Positions 10,052 through 20,603 of a stretch of DNA of 64,000 bases are shown one piece after another. Numbering within the stretch: position 1 is the first letter of the stretch; each line of letters begins with the position of its first letter. The DNA is from an uncultured Candidatus Saccharibacteria bacterium (lineage in GTDB: Bacteria > Patescibacteriota > Saccharimonadia > Saccharimonadales > Saccharimonadaceae), in the NCBI GenBank assembly GCA_963530135.1, contig CAUSBS010000003.1, positions 40,373-104,372 of the forward strand. Direction: 5' to 3'. The position numbers were made by a program, and so were the translations under genes. The notes under the pieces were generated by a model. It saw nothing but the letters and a program-made list of their open reading frames with translations. It was not told the origin of the DNA and did not search any database.

Positions 10052-11781
10052 ACATTCTCCTTAATCAGTGCGTTCAGCTGCTGCCGCAAGATACGCGCCC
10101 GCACCTCATCGCTGAGCTCCTCAGCCTCACGCAAATCTTCTAATAATTGTTGTTTTTTTGTGTCGCGGTGTTTACGTATCAATTGCTTTACCAAACGCGC
10201 CATTTCACTGTCCAGAGCTTCCGGCTCCCAGTCCATGTAGCGGCGTTCACTTTTTAACTGTACTATTTTCACATACTGCTCAAATTTTTGCAAGGGGCGT
10301 GGCAATTTTTCTCGATCAAGTAGCGACTCGGCTTGCAGCGCCGTCACCACTGCTCGGGCTGGCTCGTCCAAGCTTGCCGCCTCAAGCGCCCCGACCCAGC
10401 GCCGCGTCGATGGTTGACTAAGCGCCAGACCGACGATGATGTCCGCTAATTCGTCACGAGGTTTACTCGGAGTCGCCTTTTCAATCTTTGGTTTTTTAAG
10501 CTGAGCAGGCGGCGTTGATCTCTCAGCACCAAGCTTTGCTCGCAGCGCCGCGAGACTGGCACCGGTTTCTTTAGAAATCACCGCCAAATAATGCTCTTGC
10601 TCCACCGGGTCTTTCAAGCTGCGCACAATTCTCAATGCAGTTGTCGAAAATCGCCGCTTGCCTTCGGCCGTCGCCAAATCTTCCATTTCAGCGTGCCGAG
10701 CAATCACCCAGTCCACCACTGGCTGCGCCCGCTCAACCGCTGCTTGCCACAGCGCCGCGTCTTTTTGGATCAATTCATCCGGATCTTTCACGCCATCAGG
10801 CAGACTCACTACCTCCAGCTCCACGCCAATTCCTTGCGCCAAAGTAATCGCCCGCTCCGTTGCGCTCACGCCCGCCCGATCGCCATCAAACGCCACACGA
10901 ATCCGCCCTGCCAGCCGGCTCAGCGCCTTCAGATGTTGCAGTGTCATCGCTGTCCCCGCCGTCGCCACCACGTTTTTAATGCCAGCTTGGTGGCTGCTAA
11001 CCACATCCAAATTCCCCTCGACAATCACCGCCGCGTCGCTCTTACGAATCGCCTCTTTCGCCTGATACAGCCCAAAAATATGGCGCGATTTATCAAATAG
11101 CAGGGTCTGCGGCGTGTTCAGATACTTTGGCGCCCTGGGGTCGTCATGAATAATTCGTCCCGTAAAGCCAACCACCTCGCCGCTGCCGTCGCTCAAGGCC
11201 ACCATCATCCGCCCCCGAAACAAATCGCCGCCGAACCGATTCACCAGCCCTGCGTCAGCCAGTTCTCGGCGCGAAAACCCCCGCTTCTCCAGCGCTTTCG
11301 TCAGTGCATCGCCCTGATCTGGCGCATAGCCGATGATAAAATCACCGATCGTCTGCCGATTTAGTCGCCGTTTTTTCACCGCGTATTCTCGTGCTGCCGA
11401 ATTTTTCACCAAATTTTGCTGATAAAAATTCGCGGCTAATTTCAACGCCTCCCGTGCCCGGGCTCGCCGCTTGGCTGTCCGTCCGTCACCGCGGGAAAAC
11501 AAGCTCAAGTCCACGCCTGCCTTGCGCGCCAAATGCTCCAACGACTGACGAAAATCCATCCCCTCCACCAGCATCACAAATGAAAATACGTCACCGCCCT
11601 TGCCCGAAGAAAAATCATGCCAAATCTGTTTTTCCGGACTCACCATAAAACTTGGTGTCCGCTCATCAGTGAATGGACTCAGCCCCTTGAGATTACGACC
11701 CGCCCGCTTCAGCTGAACATATTCACCAATCACGTCCTCAATATTCAGCCGCGCCCGCACTTCTTCTTTGGCATCATTCAT
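10048..11781 (-). CDS. dnaG: DNA primase DnaG (zinc-ligand-less N-terminal domain)
   Basis: Has TOPRIM and RNA-polymerase core motifs ([24 protein letters not shown]). The N-terminus is conserved ([12 protein letters not shown]) but CPFH and CFGC are replaced by SPFT and DFSS. Confidence 0.9.
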   Translation of the reverse strand: MNDAKEEVRARLNIEDVIGEYVQLKRAGRNLKGLSPFTDERTPSFMVSPEKQIWHDFSSGKGGDVFSFVMLVEGMDFRQSLEHLARKAGVDLSLFSRGDGRTAKRRARAREALKLAANFYQQNLVKNSAAREYAVKKRRLNRQTIGDFIIGYAPDQGDALTKALEKRGFSRRELADAGLVNRFGGDLFRGRMMVALSDGSGEVVGFTGRIIHDDPRAPKYLNTPQTLLFDKSRHIFGLYQAKEAIRKSDAAVIVEGNLDVVSSHQAGIKNVVATAGTAMTLQHLKALSRLAGRIRVAFDGDRAGVSATERAITLAQGIGVELEVVSLPDGVKDPDELIQKDAALWQAAVERAQPVVDWVIARHAEMEDLATAEGKRRFSTTALRIVRSLKDPVEQEHYLAVISKETGASLAALRAKLGAERSTPPAQLKKPKIEKATPSKPRDELADIIVGLALSQPSTRRWVGALEAASLDEPARAVVTALQAESLLDREKLPRPLQKFEQYVKIVQLKSERRYMDWEPEALDSEMARLVKQLIRKHRDTKKQQLLEDLREAEELSDEVRARILRQQLNALIKENV

Positions 11782-11835
11782 GGTTTTTATTATATCACCC
11801 TTTACCTCTGTTGTTGTTTATGCTTTAATGGGTGT

Positions 11836-12456
11836 ATGCAGCCATATAACGACTATGACGTACCGACCGGTATCGATTATCTCAATCAGATTTCTGCACC
11901 GCCAGCGCCACAAGGCTTTGATAAAAAATCAAAAATTATCTTGCTCATTCTCGGCATCATCGGACTAATCGGTCTGGTCTTTATTATTAACGCCGCCCAG
12001 AATGCTTCCCGTGGCCCTTCATTGAATAATCTCATTGCTCGTCTGCAAAAACTCCAAACCGTCTCCGAGAAATTTACTCCCCGCCTCAAATCCAGCCAAC
12101 TCCAAGACGCTAATAGCTCGCTTACCGCTGTTCTCACCACTGCCAATAAGTCCATCGAAACACCGGCCGCTGCCCAGAACATTGATGTCAAAAAAGACCT
12201 CAAAAACATCACCGCGCTCGACCCGCCGACAAAACTCGAGGAAAAATTCGAAGAGGCCTATCTCAACGCTGACCTCGACAACACTTATGCTTATACCATG
12301 AACACCGAGCTAGCCGACACGCTGTTGATGATGAATCGTATCAAAGAGGGTTCGCGCAGCAAGAGTACAATTGAATTTCTCGAAAAAACTATTTCCGACC
12401 TCACCAATGTGCGCAAACAGCTGATGGCGATCACCGGTGATTCGGAAAAATCATAA
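11836..12456 (+). CDS. hypothetical single-pass membrane protein
   Basis: Start set at ATG 11836, because the upstream part of the track ORF is antisense to dnaG. TM helix KIILLILGIIGLIGLVFII. Confidence 0.5.
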   Translation: MQPYNDYDVPTGIDYLNQISAPPAPQGFDKKSKIILLILGIIGLIGLVFIINAAQNASRGPSLNNLIARLQKLQTVSEKFTPRLKSSQLQDANSSLTAVLTTANKSIETPAAAQNIDVKKDLKNITALDPPTKLEEKFEEAYLNADLDNTYAYTMNTELADTLLMMNRIKEGSRSKSTIEFLEKTISDLTNVRKQLMAITGDSEKS

Positions 12457-12528
12457 GTTCTATTCACTCTGCCACCAGCTAGGGGCGAATCAGCACCACT
12501 TTTCTCAGCGATTAGCCCCACCGTCCTG

Positions 12529-12879
12529 CTACTCAGCCACTAGCCGATAGCTCAGCCGCGCTAAATCAAAAACTTCCTCATCGCTCAGCTGCCCCGAGCA
12601 GATGATGGTATTCCAATGTTTCTTATTCAGATGATAGCCCGGCAAGACCGTCTCGTACTTCTCGCGGAGATTCTCAGCCAGCAATGGATCGCACTTCAGA
12701 CTAACTCTGAGTGGCTTTGAGCCCTCCGTCACTAGCGCCACCATCTTCCCCACACCGTTATTGCTTTTGCCAAATTTATATACCGCGACATCCTCACCAA
12801 ACGGATAATCCAACCACACACCGGGCAAACTCAGGATAAATTCTTCAAATTGTTTGTGGGTCATGCTCTCAGTATACAA
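12529..12879 (-). CDS. MmcQ/YjbR family protein
   Basis: Size and motifs (FEEFILSLPGVWLDYPFGEDVAVYKF .. KKHWNTI) are typical of the YjbR fold. Confidence 0.65.
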   Translation of the reverse strand: MYTESMTHKQFEEFILSLPGVWLDYPFGEDVAVYKFGKSNNGVGKMVALVTEGSKPLRVSLKCDPLLAENLREKYETVLPGYHLNKKHWNTIICSGQLSDEEVFDLARLSYRLVAE

Positions 12880-13599
12880 TCACAATGTCTTAAGAGCAAT
12901 TTTCTCAGCCATACCCCGCGTCGCGCCAAATCGACCTGCGGCATTTACCGCCACAGCCGCCATACCACGAAGCGCTGCTCGTGTTCGCGCCCTGAGAATA
13001 TCTCGCCCCGTCAAGCCCTTTTGCTGATCTCGCTCTGACTGCCACGCTAATCGGATTGCCCGGCCCGCCAACGCCAGGCCTCGCTGCTTGTCACCTATCA
13101 GGCTTTCGACCATACTCCAGCGAGATGCCATATTTATCTCGTACTGGTCAGCATTCTCTTCTTTAGAAAGCTGGTTTACTTGTGCCATGTCCAGCGCAGC
13201 TTGCCGCGTCATGAGTCGCGCCCTGTCTGCCAACGCTTCAGCCCGACCGTCTGCCAATAGATACGCCTTTAATGCAAATATACCAACATATGATGCCGTG
13301 GCCGACCGCTCGCGTAGCGTCAGCGCCTCAGCTTCAGAATTCTTATTGACTGCCATATCATGAACATCATATGCCCGATCAATATATTTAAGCGCCGCAT
13401 CAGTTCGACCCAAACGATCACTCGCGGCGGCCATGTTACGGTATACCTCTCCCAGAAGCAACTCATTACCTTCATCACGCAGCTCCTCCATTGCCAGCGC
13501 TTTCTTACCAAGTTGCACAGCCCTATCAAAATGACCGCGCGAAATCTCATTCGTTAGCCCGGTCGTATATTGCTGTAACTCAGAACTTACTGCACGCAT
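12880..13599 (-). CDS. hypothetical all-alpha (TPR-like) protein
   Basis: Repeated amphipathic helical segments. The stop abuts the start of the YjbR-like gene. Confidence 0.4.
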   Translation of the reverse strand: MRAVSSELQQYTTGLTNEISRGHFDRAVQLGKKALAMEELRDEGNELLLGEVYRNMAAASDRLGRTDAALKYIDRAYDVHDMAVNKNSEAEALTLRERSATASYVGIFALKAYLLADGRAEALADRARLMTRQAALDMAQVNQLSKEENADQYEINMASRWSMVESLIGDKQRGLALAGRAIRLAWQSERDQQKGLTGRDILRARTRAALRGMAAVAVNAAGRFGATRGMAEKIALKTL

Positions 13600-13685
13600 T
13601 TTCCAACTCCTTTTGTCAAGAGAGTATCAGGCAAGCATACTTTTGTCAAATAATTCAGCAGCTGTGGACATGCTGGCTGATAGAC

Positions 13686-14240
13686 CTAGCGTTTCACCTT
13701 TTTCAAATAATATTGCAATTCCATGATACTACCGCGGATGTCCTCCAGCGCCCGATGGTCCTCTGGTTTGGCAAATTTTTTGCCGTATTTGCCTTCAAAC
13801 ACCACTTTCCAAGCACTGACATCCAGCATCCGGTAGTGAAGGCGTTTTGAAAACTTCTTGAACCAATGATCAATAAAGCGCCTGTCTTGGTGAATCGAAT
13901 TACCCGCCAATAAAATCGGCGTGTCATCAAAATGCTCATCTAGAAATGCCAAGATATCGCGCTCGAGCTGCGCCTTGGTCGTCTTGGTGATCTTGTTTTG
14001 CGCTATCAACTGCTCTCGCGCGGCCGCACCATCGCCATACCAAAACGACTTATTCTTATCAAATCGCGCCTGCATTTTCTCGCTACACCAATGCGCCGCA
14101 CCTTCAAAACGAGCAATCTCAGTAAATTCCCAGTCGGTCACGATCATCGCCACCTCAATCGGAAAATCCTCCACCGGATCTAGCCCCGTCATTTCCATAT
14201 CCAACCATAAAACGCGTTGCGGCTTGAATTTCGCTTTCAT
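13686..14240 (-). CDS. orn: oligoribonuclease
   Basis: DEDDh exonuclease motifs are present: LWLDMEMTGLDP, GNSIHQDRRFI, HRALEDIRGSIMEL. Confidence 0.88.
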   Translation of the reverse strand: MKAKFKPQRVLWLDMEMTGLDPVEDFPIEVAMIVTDWEFTEIARFEGAAHWCSEKMQARFDKNKSFWYGDGAAAREQLIAQNKITKTTKAQLERDILAFLDEHFDDTPILLAGNSIHQDRRFIDHWFKKFSKRLHYRMLDVSAWKVVFEGKYGKKFAKPEDHRALEDIRGSIMELQYYLKKVKR

Positions 14241-14283
14241 ATTTCTATTTTACCACTTCCTTGCAGCGTGCTACACTAAAGTT

Positions 14284-14988
14284 ATGACAAAACGTATCCT
14301 TCTCAAACTATCCGGCGAACAATTACAAGGTGAATTTACTAATGGCTTCGACCCTAAGCGAGCTCGCTGGATCGCCGAACAAATCAAACCAGCCCTAGTA
14401 GCCGGCGCCGAGATCGTCATCATGGTTGGCGGCGGCAATTATGTCCGCGGCAACCAAATCATTGGCCACGGCATCCAGCCCGTATCAGCTCACAATATCG
14501 GCATGCTCTCGACATTAATGAACGCCATTGCTCTAGCCGACGTTTTCAACGACGCCGACCTACCGACCCGCGCGCTCTCAACCGTCGAGGTCAATCAATT
14601 TATCGATCAATACACCTATCGCCGGGCTCTCAGTCACATCAAAAAGGGCCGCATCGTCATCGTTGCCTGCGGCACCGGCCGGCCATTCTTGACTACTGAC
14701 ACCGCCGCCCTCAACCTTGCTCTAGAAATGCAGTGTGACGTCGTGATCAAGACAACGAAAGTCGACGGCGTATACGACAAAGACCCGACCAAGTTCCCTG
14801 ACGCCGTTAAGTTTGACCATCTTAATTACGACCAAATCCTCACCAACCCCGATATCACTATCATGGACAAGGCCGCTATTGGACTAGCTGCCGAAGAAAA
14901 TAAACCGGTCATCATCTGCGACCTGCTCACCGACGGCAATATCGCCCGAGCCGCTCGCGGCGAGACGGTCGGCACGCTAATTTCCTAG
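14284..14988 (+). CDS. pyrH: UMP kinase
   Basis: Contains MTKRILLKLSGEQL and MVGGGNYVRG. Start set at ATG 14284, because the track ORF upstream of that is antisense to orn. Confidence 0.9.
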   Translation: MTKRILLKLSGEQLQGEFTNGFDPKRARWIAEQIKPALVAGAEIVIMVGGGNYVRGNQIIGHGIQPVSAHNIGMLSTLMNAIALADVFNDADLPTRALSTVEVNQFIDQYTYRRALSHIKKGRIVIVACGTGRPFLTTDTAALNLALEMQCDVVIKTTKVDGVYDKDPTKFPDAVKFDHLNYDQILTNPDITIMDKAAIGLAAEENKPVIICDLLTDGNIARAARGETVGTLIS

Positions 14989-15056
14989 CCCATTAAGCAC
15001 CATACTCTCGCGCTAGGGGCAGTACGCCTTGTTCTAGCATAAATCATTTCATATAA

Positions 15057-15091
15057 AAATCCGCCGTCATTTATGCGGCGGATTTGTTTTT
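15057..15091. terminator. bidirectional rho-independent terminator between pyrH and mscL
   Basis: Perfect 10-bp stem AAATCCGCCG / CGGCGGATTT with a 9-nt loop, followed by GTTTTT. There is an A-run on the other side. Confidence 0.75.
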
Positions 15092-15100
15092 AAAACCTGA

Positions 15101-15535
15101 TCAGTCTTTCTTCTTGTCTAACTTATCCAGCTTCAAGAAGTGAATAATTGCGTACACCACAAAGGCCACCGCCAACAAGGTAATCAGCGAGCTAACAAAT
15201 GCACCGTACAGAAATTCACCCTTGCGGCCAGCAATCTCAACAGAGAATGATGCTGCCTGCAGGCCTTCCTGCGAACCAACAATCAGCTGAACCAGCGGAT
15301 CGATAAACGCTGTCACCAATTTCTTGACCGTATCACCAGCCGCGGTACCGATCGCCAAACCGACAGCCAGGCCGACCACGCCCTGCTCACGGATAAAGTT
15401 CATAAAACCGCCGCCATGGCCCTTGACCGCCGCTGCCTTTTCTTTCAGTGCCGCGACACTTGGTTTTTTCACAATTGATTTCTTAGCAGGCGTCTGCTTA
15501 GTGGTCGCCTTTTTGGCCACTTTTTTCTCTGCCAT
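15101..15535 (-). CDS. mscL: large-conductance mechanosensitive channel MscL with ~40-aa Lys-rich N-terminal extension
   Basis: The core FMNFIREQGVVGLAVGLAIGTAAG..IDPLV is MscL-like. It is preceded by MAEKKVAKKATTKQTPAKKSIVKKP. Confidence 0.8.
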   Translation of the reverse strand: MAEKKVAKKATTKQTPAKKSIVKKPSVAALKEKAAAVKGHGGGFMNFIREQGVVGLAVGLAIGTAAGDTVKKLVTAFIDPLVQLIVGSQEGLQAASFSVEIAGRKGEFLYGAFVSSLITLLAVAFVVYAIIHFLKLDKLDKKKD

Positions 15536-15581
15536 AAAAACTCCTTTACGTTAAGTAATATATTGATTGTAGCATAAAACT

Positions 15582-16670
15582 TTACAAATTATCTAAAAGT
15601 TTTCTGGCTGCAGTAAGCTTGCCGTTGCGCAGGCTATTTGGTGGATTTTCCTCGTATAGTTTAATAGCCCGCCTGGCAAGCTCCTTGTTTCCTGTCTGTT
15701 TGGCAATTTTTCGTATGATATCTGGCAAAAACAACTTATTTTTCGATTTGTCGTCTGGGACCAAGCTCTCGTCCACCATAGTCGCTAAATCAATTGCTTG
15801 GTCATATTTTCCTGCCAATATTAGCCGACGACACAACTCATCGACTTCCTTCAGGCCATTTCGCGAATCAACATCAAGATATAACCCTGATAATTCTGAT
15901 AGCTTTTTACTCGCTGCTTCAATATCACCCGACCCCGCTTGTCGGGCAGCATTGTACTGCTGAATCAACAACATACGCCCCGGTACTGAAGGCAGCGTTA
16001 AGAATTGTAATATCCGATTTCGAGGCTTATGTTCGTGAGATTGTGCCGCATCGATAGCATCAAATGACAGCCACGGCCTTGAGCTCATAAACCTTTGCCT
16101 ATCAATCGACGGTGGCAGTCGTTTCAAGAGTTCCCCTGAAAAAAATGTATTCACTGCCCGCAACTCACCCATCGCTAGCTGGTCAAGCGGGTTGGGCGCA
16201 CCACTGCCAATCACGCCGGTCATATCACAACATAGCTCCTCCGTCGCCACATCCAGCAAAAAAGCCCGCCTACTACTCCAATCAAACAGTGTCACCATAG
16301 CGTGCTGATTTGCATAACTGACAAAATGCTCAATGCCGAGCTGCTCCAGACATTCTGACGCGATGATGACATGACCAAAACAGTTTGTAGCCTCACGATT
16401 GGCAACTTTAGCTGCATTGAGTGGTGGTGAGTCAGCCGAAGTCGGAGCAAAATCTACCGTTTGTCGCACTACCTGTGCTATATTAACTGCTGCCTTTGTT
16501 GCATCATCATACGTCTGCGGAGACTGTTCATACACCGCACAAATTAATTTCAGCTGCTGCGAGTCTAATAAAAGCTCACGTCGTAGGCCTGGCTCAGCCT
16601 TAACTAATTGCCATTTAGGCGTCATCAAATCAGCAGAAAGATACTTTTCCATCTCTGCCATATCATACAA
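15582..16670 (-). CDS. hypothetical protein; possible transglutaminase-like Cys-His-Asp fold plus a helical C-terminal half (ATG 16661 is the likelier start)
   Basis: NCFGHVIIASECLEQLGIEHFVSYANQHAMVTLFDWSSRRAFLLDV has the C..H..D order and roughly the spacing of transglutaminase-like proteases. This is an eye alignment only. Confidence 0.3.
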   Translation of the reverse strand: MYDMAEMEKYLSADLMTPKWQLVKAEPGLRRELLLDSQQLKLICAVYEQSPQTYDDATKAAVNIAQVVRQTVDFAPTSADSPPLNAAKVANREATNCFGHVIIASECLEQLGIEHFVSYANQHAMVTLFDWSSRRAFLLDVATEELCCDMTGVIGSGAPNPLDQLAMGELRAVNTFFSGELLKRLPPSIDRQRFMSSRPWLSFDAIDAAQSHEHKPRNRILQFLTLPSVPGRMLLIQQYNAARQAGSGDIEAASKKLSELSGLYLDVDSRNGLKEVDELCRRLILAGKYDQAIDLATMVDESLVPDDKSKNKLFLPDIIRKIAKQTGNKELARRAIKLYEENPPNSLRNGKLTAARKLLDNL

Positions 16671-16684
16671 TATTTACTATTCTT

Positions 16685-18316
16685 TTACAATTTATCAGGG
16701 GCAACGATACCAAGAATGGTGAGTCCCGCCTTCAAAATATCGGCATACACCGCCACCAGACCGACGCGATGCGCTTCTTTATCGCTGCCGACAACTTGAT
16801 TTTTCTCATAGTAGCGGTTAAACTCCTGTGCCAACTCAAACAGATAGGCACAGACATGATGCGGCTCTAAGCTTTCGGTAGCACGGTTAACCGCCTCAGC
16901 GTATTCGCTCAGTTTCCTAACGAGCAGCCGATCTTCGTCAAACAATTCTTTCGGGAAAGTAACTGCTTGCTCAGATTTCGCCAAAATACCCCGGGCCCGA
17001 GCGTGTGCGTATTGCAGGTAGCTACCGGTGTTACCCGTCAAACTGACAGCGTCATTGATGTCAAACACGACGTCGCTACCGATTTTCACTTTCAAGAATT
17101 GATAGCGCAGTGCGCCCGCCACCACCTCGTCGGTCGGCTCGCCGCCAGCTTGGATGATAGCTTTCTTGAACTCGTTAAACAACCAACCAATGGTGATCAC
17201 CTCACCGGTACGCGAACTCATTTTGCCGGTCGTTAGTTTAACCAGGCCAGTTGCATAATTAAACAATTTACCTTTCAATTCTGGAATTGCAAGTTCACTA
17301 GCCGCGATCACCCCGCGGAAATACGCCGCCTGCTCTTCGCCATTGACCGTAATCGACAAGTCCAGGTTTGGATAATCTTGATGCTTCAGCTGAATTAGCC
17401 CCATGTCGTGCGCACCGTACAACCCGTTGCCGTGCGAACCGATGAATACATTATCAAACGCACCGTATTGGCTGCCTTTGAAGATATACGCACCGTCTGA
17501 TTTAGTAAAGACTTCTGGGGTTTTTGCTTTGATCAAGGCTTTACCCGGCACTTCAGTCTCGCTCTCAACATAACGCCGCTCAATTGGCACATTTCCCAGC
17601 CGCGCCACATTAACGTCAATTTCATCAAAGCTCCAGGCTTTACAAATCTCATACACCTGCTTGTACAGCGGATCGTCCAGCACAAACGATTGCTTGGCTA
17701 GCTCATCAATTTCTGCCCGCGCTTCTGGCGATTCTTTAGCTGCCCGCGCTCCCTCAACGTACATACGGCTCATAAATTCGTTACGCTTATCAGCCGGAAT
17801 AGCATCTAGTTTGCTGACATCACCGTCAATTTCGCGAAGAATCGCCCACATACTCTTGCCGACGTGCGTGCCGACGTCGCCGTGGTAACTCACTCGGTGT
17901 ACTGACGCACCATCTACCGCCAGCAGATTCGCCATCGTGTCCGCCAAAATCGCATTCAACGCGTGACCAATGTGCATGGCCTTAAACGGATTCGGGCAAT
18001 TGGTCTCAATGACCACTGTTTGCCCTGCACGACTGGTCGCTGGTCGCACTTTCAGTGACTCAAGCACCGCTTGGTCGCTTAACGTCATGTTGATAAAGCC
18101 CGGCCCAGCCACGCTCACCTCGCCCAACTCCTGGTGGCCGCGCAGCTCCTCAGCAATCGCCTCAGCAATCTCGCGCGGATTCTTACCCAGTGGCTTCGCC
18201 AGCTGCAGCGCTACATTCGTCGCAAAGTCACCAAACTTTGGATCGGGGCGCGTTAATTGCACCGATACATCTTGATCAAAAAGTTGCTTCACCGCCTGAG
18301 AAATAATCTGTTCCAT
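16685..18316 (-). CDS. argS: arginine--tRNA ligase
   Basis: HIGH-type motif AMHIGHALN, KMSK-type motif GKMSSRTG, and a C-terminal anticodon-binding domain. Confidence 0.93.
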   Translation of the reverse strand: MEQIISQAVKQLFDQDVSVQLTRPDPKFGDFATNVALQLAKPLGKNPREIAEAIAEELRGHQELGEVSVAGPGFINMTLSDQAVLESLKVRPATSRAGQTVVIETNCPNPFKAMHIGHALNAILADTMANLLAVDGASVHRVSYHGDVGTHVGKSMWAILREIDGDVSKLDAIPADKRNEFMSRMYVEGARAAKESPEARAEIDELAKQSFVLDDPLYKQVYEICKAWSFDEIDVNVARLGNVPIERRYVESETEVPGKALIKAKTPEVFTKSDGAYIFKGSQYGAFDNVFIGSHGNGLYGAHDMGLIQLKHQDYPNLDLSITVNGEEQAAYFRGVIAASELAIPELKGKLFNYATGLVKLTTGKMSSRTGEVITIGWLFNEFKKAIIQAGGEPTDEVVAGALRYQFLKVKIGSDVVFDINDAVSLTGNTGSYLQYAHARARGILAKSEQAVTFPKELFDEDRLLVRKLSEYAEAVNRATESLEPHHVCAYLFELAQEFNRYYEKNQVVGSDKEAHRVGLVAVYADILKAGLTILGIVAPDKL

Positions 18317-18555
18317 ACCTTCCAGTATAGCAGACGACGAGCAGTTTTACTCTTGACTCATTTCTTCCAGCTGCAGCAGCGTCACCGAACTCGGACTTGA
18401 ACCCTTGACGTGACGCAAAACATACCCAAGCGCCGAGGCATCATCATGACTCAACGTCGTCCCGTCAAGCGGATCATGTGTTTCAATTGTTTCTTCAGCC
18501 ATTGTTATTCCTTTTTGTTTTAGGTACTATCTGGCCGTATGTTAGCATAAGTTTT

Positions 18556-20157
18556 TTACTTTGTCAAGGCAGCTCGAATCAGCCCGTCAAATAGCGGATG
18601 CGGTCGGAATGGGCGCGACTTAAATTCAGGGTGAGCTTGCGTAGCCACGAAATACCGATGATACGGCGCTTCGACAAACTCCACCAGCTGACCATCCGGC
18701 GACGTACCGGAAACTACCAAACCGCCCTTCTCAATTGCTTGAATAAAATCTTGATTCACTTCGTAGCGATGGCGATGCCGCTCAATTACCTCTGTTTTAC
18801 CATAAATTTTAGCAACAAGCGAACCAGATTTCAGCACCGCCGGATAATCACCGAGGCGCATCGTGCCGCCGGTCGACTGCTTGCCCTGCTGGCCGTCCAT
18901 GATGTACACCACATTTGCGCCAGGCTCAGCACCGAACTCTTCGCTGTTAGCGTTCGCTACGCCGCCCAGTCGCGCTGCCGCAATCACCGCCGCCTGCAAA
19001 CCCAGGCAAATTCCTAGATACGGCTTGTTGTTTTTTATACAATATTCAGCTGCCTTGATCTTACCCTCCACGCCGCGCGTACCAAAACCACCCGGCACCA
19101 CGATGGCGTCAACGCTGGCAAAATCAGCCTCACCAGCCGTCTCGGCATTAATCCACTTGATAGAAATCTCGCTTTTGTTTGCCCAAGCGGCAGACTTCAG
19201 CGCCTCGGTCACTGACAAGTAGGTATCAGAATTATCAATGTATTTAGCCACCAAACCGACGGTTACCCGCTTGGCATATTCAGTAGTATCGCGCTGAGCC
19301 AGACGTTTCCATCGCTGTAAATTTGGCTCCACTGAATTGTCGGTAAATTCGCCCAATAGCTTGCCCAAATCACGGTGCACCGTCAATGGTACTTCATATA
19401 CGGTGTCAACATTTGGCATCATAATAATTCCCTCGCGGCGCACACCAGATGAAATAGCAATTTTTTCGCCAATACTGCGCGGCGGCTTGTCGTGACCCTC
19501 AGTCCGCACCGCCACCACGTCCGGCATAATGCCAAAACCACGAAGATCCGCCAGCGCATTCTGAGCCGGCTTGGTCTTATACTCATGCGACGCCTCCAAA
19601 AACGGCACATACACCACGTGCACAAATAGACAATTGTCCCGCCCCACATCCAACGCAAAACCGCGGATCGCCTCGATAAAACTCAGGCCCTCGTAGTCGC
19701 CGACGGTGCCGCCAATTTCCACGATGTGAACGTCGCCTTCGGCCGCCTCGCGGATAGCTGCCTTGATAGAATTAGTTAAATGCGGCACCATCTGTACCGT
19801 CTGGCCGCCAAACTTACCGGCCCGCTCATCAGCAATCAAATCACGCAGCAGCCGACCCGACAGCGTGGTGTTTTTCCGCGTCAGTTCCAAATCCAAAAAC
19901 CGCTCGTAATGCCCCAAATCCAAATCAGTCTCAGCGCCATCTTTGGTCACAAAGCACTCACCGTGCTCTTTTGGATTCAGTAGTCCGGCATCAACATTCA
20001 GATACGGATCGCACTTCTGAGCCGACACGACGATGCCTTTAGCCTGTAATACTGCACCGATACTCGCCGCCGTGATGCCCTTACCGACACCGGATAGCAC
20101 ACCACCAGTAACAAAGATGTATTTTTTATTTTTCCTCACAGTTTTATTCGCCTCCAT
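18556..20157 (-). CDS. pyrG: CTP synthase
   Basis: Contains KYIFVTGGVLSGVGKGI and the GATase motif GICLGLQ..HRHRYEVN. Confidence 0.95.
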   Translation of the reverse strand: MEANKTVRKNKKYIFVTGGVLSGVGKGITAASIGAVLQAKGIVVSAQKCDPYLNVDAGLLNPKEHGECFVTKDGAETDLDLGHYERFLDLELTRKNTTLSGRLLRDLIADERAGKFGGQTVQMVPHLTNSIKAAIREAAEGDVHIVEIGGTVGDYEGLSFIEAIRGFALDVGRDNCLFVHVVYVPFLEASHEYKTKPAQNALADLRGFGIMPDVVAVRTEGHDKPPRSIGEKIAISSGVRREGIIMMPNVDTVYEVPLTVHRDLGKLLGEFTDNSVEPNLQRWKRLAQRDTTEYAKRVTVGLVAKYIDNSDTYLSVTEALKSAAWANKSEISIKWINAETAGEADFASVDAIVVPGGFGTRGVEGKIKAAEYCIKNNKPYLGICLGLQAAVIAAARLGGVANANSEEFGAEPGANVVYIMDGQQGKQSTGGTMRLGDYPAVLKSGSLVAKIYGKTEVIERHRHRYEVNQDFIQAIEKGGLVVSGTSPDGQLVEFVEAPYHRYFVATQAHPEFKSRPFRPHPLFDGLIRAALTK

Positions 20158-20198
20158 GAGGCTTTATTGTAGCACCTTTGAAATGCATATACTACTGC

Positions 20199-20603
20199 CT
20201 ACAGATTGCCCTTATTAATCTGCTCATTCAGCCATTTTCTTTCTTCTGTATTTAAATTCGGATAAATATATTTATCCGAACTAGCCGAATATCCGGCCAG
20301 TTCAGCCTCACGAGGTGTGCAAAAAGTTTTACCGGCATTCATAAATGATAGGTTAATTAGAGGATATCGGTCAGTATAGTGAGCAGCTCTCGTTCGATCA
20401 AAAGAAACCACTGCTTTATACGGCTTATGTCCGCATTCAATCCATTTAGCATAGAGCTGGAGGTTCTGACCACCGTAAGGAGAGATATCTATCAGGACTA
20501 CTGCCATGAACAAAATTATGAAGCTTAGGAGTATTCGCTTCTTGTGTTTCATAATTCTTTTTATGATTTGTTTGTCTTTATTTGATATGAGTTCGAAATG
20601 CAT
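20199..20603 (-). CDS. hypothetical small membrane-anchored protein
   Basis: TM helix ILLSFIILFMAVVLI. ATG 20603 has a GGGGGA SD-like box 7 nt upstream and overlaps the end of the SGNH gene by 26 nt. Confidence 0.45.
   Translation of the reverse strand: MHFELISNKDKQIIKRIMKHKKRILLSFIILFMAVVLIDISPYGGQNLQLYAKWIECGHKPYKAVVSFDRTRAAHYTDRYPLINLSFMNAGKTFCTPREAELAGYSASSDKYIYPNLNTEERKWLNEQINKGNL

Noticed and set aside
13921-14283. N-terminal 121-codon extension of the pyrH ORF in the track
   Set aside because: The extension is antisense to orn, whereas the conserved PyrH N-terminus (MTKRILLKLSGE) begins at ATG 14284 behind a TGcTACACT box.
18383-18502. 39-aa ORF with an AAGGA SD between pyrG and argS
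   Set aside because: It has an implausible C-terminus (CVTSRVQVRVR). A one-base change in a T-run would give a different 51-aa product. It is too uncertain to call without comparative data.
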